Positions 1 to 7,526 of a stretch of DNA of 64,000 nt are shown piece after piece (position 1 is the stretch's first letter; the number at the start of each line of letters is the position of its first letter). The translations under genes were made by a program, and so were the position numbers. The notes under the pieces are model-generated. The model saw only the letters and a program-made list of their open reading frames with translations, had not been told where the DNA came from and made no database searches. Source of the DNA: an uncultured bacterium (lineage in GTDB: Bacteria; Krumholzibacteriota; Krumholzibacteriia; Krumholzibacteriales; Krumholzibacteriaceae); assembly GCA_965371515.1 (NCBI GenBank), contig CBDUYR010000008.1, forward strand, positions 1-64,000, read 5' to 3'.

Positions 1-9
1 ACGTTAGAC
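1..9 (+). mobile_element. R' end (AC-GTTAGAC) of an attC site truncated by the window start
   Basis: GTTAGAC at 3-9 fits GTTRRRY and is preceded by AC, like the R' boxes at 2679, 3342, 3779 and 4343. It is the exact reverse complement of R'' GTCTAAC (2587-2593), as expected for the two ends of one cassette. Confidence 0.7.
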
Positions 10-67
10 AAACAATATAAAGATTTGAATGACTACCTTTTGCATTATTGCGTAATTATTGATGGTA

Positions 68-96
68 TTGACGCCTGGTGTAAGTCGTGATAAACT
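68..96 (+). promoter_or_regulatory. sigma70-like promoter inside cassette 1
   Basis: TTGACG (68-73), 17 bp, TAAACT (91-96); an overlapping TATAAT lies at 96-101, upstream of the ATG at 123. Confidence 0.5.
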
Positions 97-122
97 ATAA
101 TGAAGGCCGAAAGGGGTAGATC

Positions 123-2459
123 ATGAATACCATATATGGCAAGATGTCTGCGTTAAGGACAATCACTCCTCACTGTCTATGCGTCTTGTTGCTGATTCTG
201 TGCGGATCCTTTTTCGCCATTGATCTTCAAGCCGACACCATCCCGGACGTCGACTTCGTGATACTCAGGCTGGATATTCAGACGTACGCCATAAAAGGCT
301 ACTACGAGTTTTCGCAACCGTATCACAAGTCGTTTCCGGAAGAAGGCTATACCAGGGCGGGCAACGTCTTCTACCGCTTCGTCTATCCGTCAGATATGGG
401 CTTTCTCAGCGTAGACAGCAGGCTCACGGGAGAGCATCTCGTAGACGCATCTACCATATATTGGGGGATGGGCTCTTTCGATTACCCCCCGGATTCACTT
501 CTTCTGACCGACTATGAGGACGGCTTCGTCAATCCGCCGCCGGACTCTCTTACCTATGTTAAGCTCTTCTTGTACTCTCCGGAGTATGCCGATTCGGCTT
601 GGGCCAGCGTGCAGGGGACCGACATTATAAGCAGGCTGGCGGCGCAAGGTGCTTATGAAGTCGTTCTTTTTGATTTTTTCTACAGTGTAGGCCCATATGA
701 TTTTTCCACGGCTGAATGGATAGTGATAGCCTTCACACATCCTCCAGCCCCGGATGATATCGCGCTTCTCAGCCTGGAATGGCCGAAGACGGTGGTCACC
801 GGAAGTATCGATTTTGTCCCGGAGATCGTGGCACACAACTTCAGTGACCGTGCCCTTGAGGTGAAAGCGACGCTGTCTATAACAATAGGCGGGGGGCCAG
901 CGGGAGAGTGGGAGGTGACGCTGGATCCTCTGCCGGCCGATTCTTCGCACACAGTGTATTTCGATACCCTGATGATCGAGGACCTCGGAACGGCCGACAT
1001 GGCATTCGAACTGGTCAATGCCGACGGCTCTCCGATGCTCGATGCTTATCCCGATAACAACAGCATTCTGCGGGATATTGAGGTGATCGAACTGCCCGTA
1101 TTCAGACTCAGGTGCTCGACATCGTCTCCTGGATCGATTCCCTTACAAGGAAAGGCACTTGACTTCGACGACGACGGGGACATCGATATCGTACAGTTCA
1201 GCAGCCCATCCTTCCTGCTGTGGCAGAATGACGGCTCCGGCAATTTTACTGATATCACTGGTCTATCGGATATCTCATATCCGACCTATACCAACGCAAG
1301 CGAGGCGATTGCAGAGGATTTCAGCGGTGACGGACACTGCGACCTTCTGGTCGTTACCAACGGCAGTGCGCCGGGATACTTTCTGGGGGATGGGACAGGC
1401 GTCTTCTCAGACGCGACAGGTGCCAGCGGACTGTCCGGTGTGATCGCCAGCTCCATAATGGCAGCGTTCGATAAGGAAAACGATGGGGATCAAGATCTCA
1501 TCATCCGGTCTTCCGGGGGGGGACTGATACTCGAGAACGACGGTTCCGGATATTTCACCGATGTCACGGGTTCCTCAGGTGTCGTCGATCCGGCTCAGAC
1601 CGAGCATATAACGGCAGGGGATATCAACGGAGACGGATACACGGACCTGGTGTTTGCCAACTGGAATGACCTGTCAACCGCCTTCATCAATAACGGGAGC
1701 GGGATCTTTTCGGAGTTCACCGGCCCATGGTCTTTCGAGCACGCGAGGAGCGTCCTCATCCTGGATTACAACCTGGACGGGGCTAAGGATATCCTGTTCG
1801 CGCGGGCCCTGTACAGTGATCCATCCCTGCTGTACAGGAACGACGGCGGTCTCTCCTTTGTCGAGATATCCATGGCGTGGGGAGGGCTGCCGCCGGCATT
1901 CTCCGCAGCGACCGCGGATTTCGATGAAGACGGCATTCCGGATCTACTCCTGGAGGAACTGGATGAGTTGTCACTCCTGATGTTCGAGGGCGAAGAATAC
2001 GTCGATCATACGGAGCTACTGGTAGACTACAGCGGGCATCTTCCCACGTCTCCCTCGTCGAGGCCTCAGTTCGTCGATCTCGATGGAGACGGCGATCTCG
2101 ATATATACTCACTCTTTATCTATCTCGAGAACCAGGGAGTCACCCGTATATATACGGACGATGAGTATACCCCTCTTCCAGGACCATGCGTGCTGCACCA
2201 GAACTATCCCAATCCATTCAATCCGGCTACGATCATCAGGTTTGACCTGCCGCGTTCGGGACATGTTAAACTGAGCGTTTACAATGTCAACGGCGCGCTG
2301 GTTTCTACCATCACCGATCGTCATATGAAAGAGGGGCGAAAAGAGGTCACCTGGGATGCCAGGGATAGTAGAGGCAATCCTGTTGCCAGCGGAATCTACT
2401 TCTGTCGTCTCGTCGCCGGTGATTTCTCCCAGACCAGAAAGATGGTATTGTTGAGATAA
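123..2459 (+). CDS. Secreted FG-GAP/VCBS-repeat beta-propeller protein with C-terminal T9SS type A/FlgD-Ig sorting domain (gene cassette 1)
   Basis: N-terminal hydrophobic signal; repeated DxDxDGxxD motifs (DFDDDGDIDI, DINGDGYTDL, DYNLDGAKDI, DLDGDGDLDI); C-terminus LHQNYPNPFNP...VASGIYFCRL...TRKMVLLR. Confidence 0.85.
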   Translation: MNTIYGKMSALRTITPHCLCVLLLILCGSFFAIDLQADTIPDVDFVILRLDIQTYAIKGYYEFSQPYHKSFPEEGYTRAGNVFYRFVYPSDMGFLSVDSRLTGEHLVDASTIYWGMGSFDYPPDSLLLTDYEDGFVNPPPDSLTYVKLFLYSPEYADSAWASVQGTDIISRLAAQGAYEVVLFDFFYSVGPYDFSTAEWIVIAFTHPPAPDDIALLSLEWPKTVVTGSIDFVPEIVAHNFSDRALEVKATLSITIGGGPAGEWEVTLDPLPADSSHTVYFDTLMIEDLGTADMAFELVNADGSPMLDAYPDNNSILRDIEVIELPVFRLRCSTSSPGSIPLQGKALDFDDDGDIDIVQFSSPSFLLWQNDGSGNFTDITGLSDISYPTYTNASEAIAEDFSGDGHCDLLVVTNGSAPGYFLGDGTGVFSDATGASGLSGVIASSIMAAFDKENDGDQDLIIRSSGGGLILENDGSGYFTDVTGSSGVVDPAQTEHITAGDINGDGYTDLVFANWNDLSTAFINNGSGIFSEFTGPWSFEHARSVLILDYNLDGAKDILFARALYSDPSLLYRNDGGLSFVEISMAWGGLPPAFSAATADFDEDGIPDLLLEELDELSLLMFEGEEYVDHTELLVDYSGHLPTSPSSRPQFVDLDGDGDLDIYSLFIYLENQGVTRIYTDDEYTPLPGPCVLHQNYPNPFNPATIIRFDLPRSGHVKLSVYNVNGALVSTITDRHMKEGRKEVTWDARDSRGNPVASGIYFCRLVAGDFSQTRKMVLLR

Positions 2460-2586
2460 GGACCTGTTGAAGCAGGTCGATGCGATTCCAATTGTATATC
2501 AAGGGACGGAGCATCCTTAGAACGACACGAATCCCTTGATCCAAATAGTGGTTTATACATGCAATATAGATTGTTATAAATGTGAT

Positions 2587-2685
2587 GTCTAACCATAGCA
2601 TGCAGCTGCCGGACTTCGGCTTCACGGCCCATGCAGAACAAGGGCCGTGAAGCCTGGCGACCGCAGCTGAAGCTGAACGTTAGAC
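2587..2685 (+). mobile_element. attC recombination site 1 (99 bp)
   Basis: R'' GTCTAAC, 5 nt, L'' CATGCAGC ... L' GCTGAAG, 6 nt, R' GTTAGAC. There is a perfect 13-bp inner stem GGCTTCACGGCCC/GGGCCGTGAAGCC (2618-2630/2642-2654) and an extra G in L''. Confidence 0.9.
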
Positions 2686-2698
2686 TCGTTATAAGGGC

Positions 2699-2727
2699 TT
2701 GACAAATAACTACAACGTACATACAAT
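2699..2727 (+). promoter_or_regulatory. sigma70 promoter of the TA cassette
   Basis: TTGACA (2699-2704), 17 bp, TACAAT (2722-2727); the toxin ATG is at 2737. Confidence 0.8.
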
Positions 2728-2736
2728 ACATTTAAC

Positions 2737-3030
2737 ATGGATATAGAGTTCACATAGGATCCTGGTAAAGCACGTTCAAACGAACGCAAGCATGGCGTAT
2801 CATTTGAGGAGGCCGTGACAGTATTCGTTGATGAAAACGCTATCTTGATCCCTGACCCCGATCATTCTGGTAATGAAGATCGGTTTCTTCTCCTTGGTAC
2901 GAGTTTTAAGCTCAAGACCCTGATGGTCTGCCATTGTTATAGGAGACAGAATGAGGTTGTCAGGATCATTTCCGCTCGTAAAGCCTCGAATGCAGAGAGG
3001 AAACAATATGAGCAAAGGTGGAAGAAATGA
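2737..3030 (+). pseudogene. brnT: BrnT-family (DUF497) ribonuclease toxin with in-frame TAG at codon 7
   Basis: Translation from ATG 2737 gives MDIEFT*DPGKARSNERKHGVSFEEAVTVF...EDRFLLLG...VRIISARKA. TAG (2755-2757) sits where the family F-x-W-D motif has Trp (TGG). Confidence 0.8.
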
Positions 3031-3242
3031 GAAAAGAATATGATTTCAGCAAAGGGCAAAAGAACCCGTACGCTGCCAAGCTGAAGAAACAGATTACGAT
3101 TCGTCTGGATGATCTGACTATTAACTATTTCAAGGATATGGCTAAAGAGACAGGGATCAAATACCAGACGCTGATTAATCTGTACCTCAGGGACTGTGCT
3201 TCACATAATCGCAAACTTGCGATGAAGTGGCTCAACAAGTAA
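3027..3242 (+). CDS. brnA: BrnA-family antitoxin (DUF4415-like, RHH)
   Basis: MRKEYDFSKG...KKQITIRLD...YFK...GIKYQTLINLYLR; ATGA overlap with the toxin stop at 3027-3030. Confidence 0.85.
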   Translation: MRKEYDFSKGQKNPYAAKLKKQITIRLDDLTINYFKDMAKETGIKYQTLINLYLRDCASHNRKLAMKWLNK

Positions 3243-3249
3243 GCGGCGA

Positions 3250-3348
3250 GTCTAACGGCCGTTTACAGCTTGCGGTCTGGGCTGTCACGGCTGCTGCGGA
3301 GCACCCGCCGCGCCAGCTTTACGACCGCAGTTGAAGCACACGTTATAC
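3250..3348 (+). mobile_element. attC recombination site 2 (99 bp)
   Basis: R'' GTCTAAC (complement of GTTAGAC at 2679), L'' TTTACAGC, L' GTTGAAG, R' GTTATAC; begins 7 bp after the brnA stop. Confidence 0.85.
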
Positions 3349-3365
3349 AGACATAGGGGAACGAC

Positions 3366-3740
3366 TTGAGTGACAAGACCGGCCTTCTCGAGACATTCGA
3401 TAAATTTCGAGAAGCCTTGTTCGCCAATGACGTGAAAACGCTGAATTTGTTGATGGCAGAGGAATATGTCGGATATGATCCTCTTGGTAATCCACAAGAT
3501 AAAGATATGTCTCTTGATGCATACCAACCTGGTGCTGTAAAGCTTGACAAATACGATGTTGAGAATGTGGAATCAAGAGTGATCGGCGAGGTAGGGATAA
3601 TCACAGGCAAAGGTTACATTCACGGTACATTTGCTGGATCAGAGTTCGAGCATAATTTGCGGTTTCTTGATCTATTTATTCATCGAGAGGGCAGGTGGCA
3701 GTTGTATCTGTCACAAGTGACACCAGTAAGGGCAGTATAA
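3366..3740 (+). CDS. DUF4440/NTF2-like family protein (gene cassette 3)
   Basis: 124 aa with NTF2-like pattern (A...D...L..L.AEEY...G...; RFLDLFIHREGRWQL); the stop codon lies inside R'' of attC3. Confidence 0.8.
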   Translation: MSDKTGLLETFDKFREALFANDVKTLNLLMAEEYVGYDPLGNPQDKDMSLDAYQPGAVKLDKYDVENVESRVIGEVGIITGKGYIHGTFAGSEFEHNLRFLDLFIHREGRWQLYLSQVTPVRAV

Positions 3741-3785
3741 CCGTCGCTTGCAGCTGGCGCCCGCAGCTGAAGCACAACGTTAGGT
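3735..3785 (+). mobile_element. attC recombination site 3 (unusually short, 51 bp)
   Basis: R'' GTATAAC (complement of GTTATAC at 3342), CGTCG, L'' CTTGCAGC, 11 nt, L' GCTGAAG, CACAAC, R' GTTAGGT. Confidence 0.85.
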
Positions 3786-3807
3786 GAAGGATAGAGGAGA
3801 ATATGGG

Positions 3808-4248
3808 ATGAGGTATTTCAACGCCGTGATCTTATTGATGATGGTGGTCTTTCTCACAGCTGCGAACGACGAAATATCACCAAGGGATCTTCCTGTAGAA
3901 TCCTTTGTGCTGGTAGAAACTGCAGATATAAATGCTCGAATCGTAGCTGCCGTTGAATCTGGTGATGATTGGCCCTTTGACCCTGTATCAGTTGCTTTTG
4001 AGTTTCTTGGTTCAATGGAATATAGATACGTCAACATCGAGAAAAACGACGACATAGAATCTCCAAATAACACCATAGTTACGATAATTCGAGGTGGATT
4101 GCTTGATGATTCCGTTTGGGGCACATGGGACCAATTACAGTTGTCAAGAACCCCAAAAGGAATATGGCATGTCGACGAAGCGAGAAGGGCATGGCGATGT
4201 TATCGCGGACATCAGAAAGACTCATTTGGGAAGCGACTGTGCTTATAG
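3808..4248 (+). CDS. Small secreted hypothetical protein (gene cassette 4)
   Basis: RBS GAGGAG upstream; signal peptide MRYFNAVILLMMVVFLTA; GLLDDSV motif and C-terminal Cys pair (WRCYRGH...RLCL). Confidence 0.7.
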   Translation: MRYFNAVILLMMVVFLTAANDEISPRDLPVESFVLVETADINARIVAAVESGDDWPFDPVSVAFEFLGSMEYRYVNIEKNDDIESPNNTIVTIIRGGLLDDSVWGTWDQLQLSRTPKGIWHVDEARRAWRCYRGHQKDSFGKRLCL

Positions 4249-4255
4249 AAAGAAC

Positions 4256-4349
4256 ACCTGACCATCACTTGCAGCTGGCGGTTTTGGCTGCCACGGCTGC
4301 TGCGGAGCACCCGGCGCACCAGGGCCGCCACTGATGCTGCACGCCAGGC
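4256..4349 (+). mobile_element. Degenerate attC site 4
   Basis: R'' ACCTGAC (expected ACCTAAC), L'' CTTGCAGC, L' ACTGATG, R' GCCAGGC (GTT changed to GCC). It shares GGCTG(T/C)CACGGCTGCTGCGGAGCACCC with attC2. Confidence 0.7.
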
Positions 4350-4392
4350 TCGATAGTTTCATGGAACACTCATTTGATGATATGATGATGAA

Positions 4393-5373
4393 ATGAAATA
4401 TCGCAAATTAGGCAATACAGACTTAAGAGTATCAGAAATTGCGGTAGGCTGTTCCGGATTCTGGGGAAACCAAAGATTTTCTGAAAGCAAGGCTGCTGCA
4501 ATAATTCACAAGGCATTTGAACGTGGAGTCAATTTATTTGACACTGGTCATAACTACAGTAATTATTTTGCAGAGCCCCGGTTAGGGCGCATTATCAAGG
4601 AAATACTGTCAAGTCATGATAGATCACGTCTGATTATTTCAACAAAAGCGGGTACAGTTATTCCTTCAGCAAATATCTTTTCTATGCGGAAAGGTGCTTC
4701 CAAGGATTTCTCTCCAGATTATATTGAAAGCTCATGTGCTGCATCAATTCGTAACTTGAATTGCGACTACCTGGATATATTCCAACTCCACGGCATTACC
4801 GAATCACAACTCATTGAGCCACTGATCGAACGATTACTATCCATGAAAGAGATGGGTATGTTTCGCTATCTTGGTGTAAATACACACAGTGAGAGTGATA
4901 TGATGTTTTTATCAAAGCATCCGGAAATATTCGACATGGTTTTACTTGATTACAATGTACTCCAGCTTGACCGTGAACCCATAATCCACAAGCTGCACAT
5001 GTCGGGGATAGGAGTTGTTGCAGGGACCGTTCTTGCGCAAGGTCATTTGGTTAAGGGGAAAATCGGATCGCTTAAAACGGTTGCGGATATCTGGTATTTG
5101 GCACGAGCACTACTTAAACCTACTGGACGCCTTCTGTTGAGGAACTCAAAAGAAATGAAGGAAACACTATCATTAACAAGTGAAATGAATGGTGCACAAG
5201 CAGCATTCGCATATATTCTGGGAAATCCGGATATTTCAAGTTGTGTATTTGGTACCACGAATATTTCACACTTGCATGACATTATCGATGCAACTGATAA
5301 GACTCTTGAAGAGAGTTCCAAGGTTGCGATACAAAAATCATTTGAGGTGCTCAAGGAAAGTATCAGTAACTAG
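4393..5373 (+). CDS. Aldo/keto reductase
   Basis: MKYRKLGNTDLRVSEI, FDTGHNY, IISTKAG, DYLDIFQLHG motifs; visibly AT-rich relative to core genes. Confidence 0.9.
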   Translation: MKYRKLGNTDLRVSEIAVGCSGFWGNQRFSESKAAAIIHKAFERGVNLFDTGHNYSNYFAEPRLGRIIKEILSSHDRSRLIISTKAGTVIPSANIFSMRKGASKDFSPDYIESSCAASIRNLNCDYLDIFQLHGITESQLIEPLIERLLSMKEMGMFRYLGVNTHSESDMMFLSKHPEIFDMVLLDYNVLQLDREPIIHKLHMSGIGVVAGTVLAQGHLVKGKIGSLKTVADIWYLARALLKPTGRLLLRNSKEMKETLSLTSEMNGAQAAFAYILGNPDISSCVFGTTNISHLHDIIDATDKTLEESSKVAIQKSFEVLKESISN

Positions 5374-5405
5374 CCCTTACCTGGAATCCAGACCCGACGT
5401 AGAAT

Positions 5406-6014
5406 ATGGAAAATCATTCCACAAACGAGACATTGAAGACGATCCATCGAAGACGGAGCGTACGCCAGTTTCAGGATACGCCTGTCGAAGACTCGCTAAT
5501 ACAGGCTGTTCTTGACGCTGCCAACCAGGCTCCATCCGCACATAACAAGCAATCGTGGCGGTTCATCGTCATCAGGGATGAGAAGAAACAGCAGTTAGCT
5601 CAACTCGTTTCGCAGAAAGCCTCCGGGTTTCCCAAGCCGTCCTCGGCAATCCTGCGAATGGCGGCACGGACTGTAATCAGCGCACCGGTCGTCGTTGCTG
5701 TCATGAACACAGGAGCGCTTATTCGCCACGGCACCGAATTATTCAATATTGAAAATGATGTGTCCGGAGATTTTTTCCGGACGATGGAAATCCAGAGTTC
5801 AGCCGCCGCGGTTGAGAATCTTCTGCTTGCGGCGAGTTCGCTCGGTCTCGGGAGTGTATGGCTTGGCATCCTGTATTTGATCAAGGATGACGTTTTAGCG
5901 TTTCTGGGAGAAACCAGGGGTGAGTTCATGGCCGTCATTCCTCTTGGCTATCCGCAAAGAGGCCATGATGGGCCCAGAAAAAAAGCGTTGGAGTATGTTG
6001 TCAAGAATATTTAG
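5406..6014 (+). CDS. Nitroreductase family protein
   Basis: RRSVRQF, APSAHNKQSWRF, NLLLAASSLGLGSVW, IPLGYP motifs. Confidence 0.9.
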   Translation: MENHSTNETLKTIHRRRSVRQFQDTPVEDSLIQAVLDAANQAPSAHNKQSWRFIVIRDEKKQQLAQLVSQKASGFPKPSSAILRMAARTVISAPVVVAVMNTGALIRHGTELFNIENDVSGDFFRTMEIQSSAAAVENLLLAASSLGLGSVWLGILYLIKDDVLAFLGETRGEFMAVIPLGYPQRGHDGPRKKALEYVVKNI

Positions 6015-6064
6015 CGTCGGGAGACGGGGCTGCCCCGGCTGATTTAAGGAGGACATTTTCGATT

Positions 6065-6529
6065 ATGGTGGTTAAAATCATCACTCGTTGCGCGATTACA
6101 TTTACAATGCTCATTTTTCTGGCATGTGCTGAAGGTCCAGGAAATGACCGGGAGACCTCAAAGGGAGATGAACTCATGAGTCAGGCAGAACATGACCGGC
6201 GGGTGGACTATATAGAGTTTCCGGCCGAGGACATTGTAGAGACCAAACGGTTTTACTCAGAGGTCTTCGGTTGGGAGTTCACTGACTATGGGCCTGATTA
6301 CATGAGCTTCACCGACGGACGAATAGCCGGCGGATTCAGTACGGCGGCGGAGGTGCCGGCAGGCAATCCATTAGTCGTGATCTATTCCACGAACCTCGAA
6401 GAGATCGAAGCCCTGATCAGAGAGAACGGGGGAAAGATCGTCGTGGAGATATTCGAGTTTCCGGGTGGACGACGCTTTCACTTCACCGATCCGAGTGGAA
6501 ATGAGCTGGCAGTCTGGTCGGATCGATGA
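6065..6529 (+). CDS. VOC/glyoxalase family protein (alternative start 6176)
   Basis: VDYIEF...TKRFYSEVFGWEF...FPGGRRFHFTDPSGNELAVWS. Confidence 0.85.
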   Translation: MVVKIITRCAITFTMLIFLACAEGPGNDRETSKGDELMSQAEHDRRVDYIEFPAEDIVETKRFYSEVFGWEFTDYGPDYMSFTDGRIAGGFSTAAEVPAGNPLVVIYSTNLEEIEALIRENGGKIVVEIFEFPGGRRFHFTDPSGNELAVWSDR

Positions 6530-7041
6530 TTTCCAGACAGAACAATACCGGTGACGGGTCAAGAGCTGAGAATGAAGCTGTAGGACTCTGGGTCTGGCTT
6601 GTGCCCGCGGTGTACATTGTCCACGTCGTGGAAGAGGCATTCGGGGGACATGGTCTCATGGAATGGATGGCTGCCGGAGGAGGAGTCCGGTTGTCACTGT
6701 CGGAGTTTCTCGGCATCAACCTGGTCGGCGCAGGCGCTTTGTGCCTGGCTGCATGGACAGCCCGGAGGTGGAAGGTCTGTCGGTGGCCTCTGGTAAGCGG
6801 AGCAACGATCTTTATCGCAAACGGCATCTGGCACATTGCCATATGTGTGATGACGCGATCGTATGTCCCGGGTGTATTGACGGGACTTCTGCTCTATATT
6901 CCCGTGGGCTGCGTTGTGATGTTCCGGCTGCGGCATCTTGTATCGCCGAGATCTTTTTTTATTGCTGTAGTCATCGGTATGGTGATCCACGGGGCAACGA
7001 TATGGCTCGTGCTGCGGATGCCCGGTTTTGAGATGGGATGA
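6526..7041 (+). CDS. HXXEE-domain membrane protein
   Basis: HVVEE motif, NGIWH, YVPG motif, several TM segments. Confidence 0.8.
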   Translation: MISRQNNTGDGSRAENEAVGLWVWLVPAVYIVHVVEEAFGGHGLMEWMAAGGGVRLSLSEFLGINLVGAGALCLAAWTARRWKVCRWPLVSGATIFIANGIWHIAICVMTRSYVPGVLTGLLLYIPVGCVVMFRLRHLVSPRSFFIAVVIGMVIHGATIWLVLRMPGFEMG

Positions 7042-7445
7042 TCATGGACTGGAAAAACAAAAGAAGACTCCTCGCGACAAACGTGCTCTTGTTCGCGCTG
7101 CTGTTTCTGCTGGTGACATTCAACAAGGAGTATCTGAGGCCGGCATTCAGCCATGTTCCAATCGTGGGGATCATCACCGGAAGCTTGCCCAATTTTTTAG
7201 CTGCCTACATAATAAGTCTTGGTGTTGTTAACGCGGTCGTTTCAAGAAGGCCGGAACATGCACGCCTTTTCGTATACATCTGTTCCTCCCTGGTGTTCCT
7301 GGTATTGACCATTGAAGAATTCAGACCGATGTGGGGTGCCAGTACGCAATATGACCTGTTCGATATACTGGCAAGTGGAGCCGGTTCATTGACAGCAATA
7401 TTAATGTATGAGCTGATTGTCCGGAGTCGTAAAGACAAAGGATGA
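7038..7445 (+). CDS. Hypothetical membrane protein (VanZ-like pattern)
   Basis: Four hydrophobic segments; GSLPNF, IEEF and YDLFDILAS motifs. Confidence 0.6.
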   Translation: MIMDWKNKRRLLATNVLLFALLFLLVTFNKEYLRPAFSHVPIVGIITGSLPNFLAAYIISLGVVNAVVSRRPEHARLFVYICSSLVFLVLTIEEFRPMWGASTQYDLFDILASGAGSLTAILMYELIVRSRKDKG

Positions 7446-7472
7446 GAAGGAATCATACAAGGTTATAATATT

Positions 7473-7502
7473 AAAAGCCGGTCGGCTTATACCGACCGGC
7501 TT
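7473..7502 (-). terminator. Intrinsic terminator between convergent genes
   Basis: Stem AAGCCGGTCGG/CCGACCGGCTT with a 6-nt loop and a T-tract on the minus strand. Confidence 0.75.
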
Positions 7503-7526
7503 CATATTGTCTATTCCTTATAAATT

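Noticed and set aside
2755..2757. Amber recoding (pyrrolysine or alternative genetic code)
   Set aside because: TAG ends many intact genes here (dnaE, pilC, pilA, pilN), and no pyl genes are in view; a single nonsense change is simpler.
2587..4349. Repeats read as a CRISPR array or REP elements
   Set aside because: Spacing is gene-sized, and the repeats have R/L box architecture with cassette-matched ends, which fits attC sites.
1..7445. Integron integrase, transposase or prophage gene explaining the accessory block
   Set aside because: No tyrosine-recombinase, transposase or phage-like ORF is recognisable on either strand; any intI must lie outside the window.
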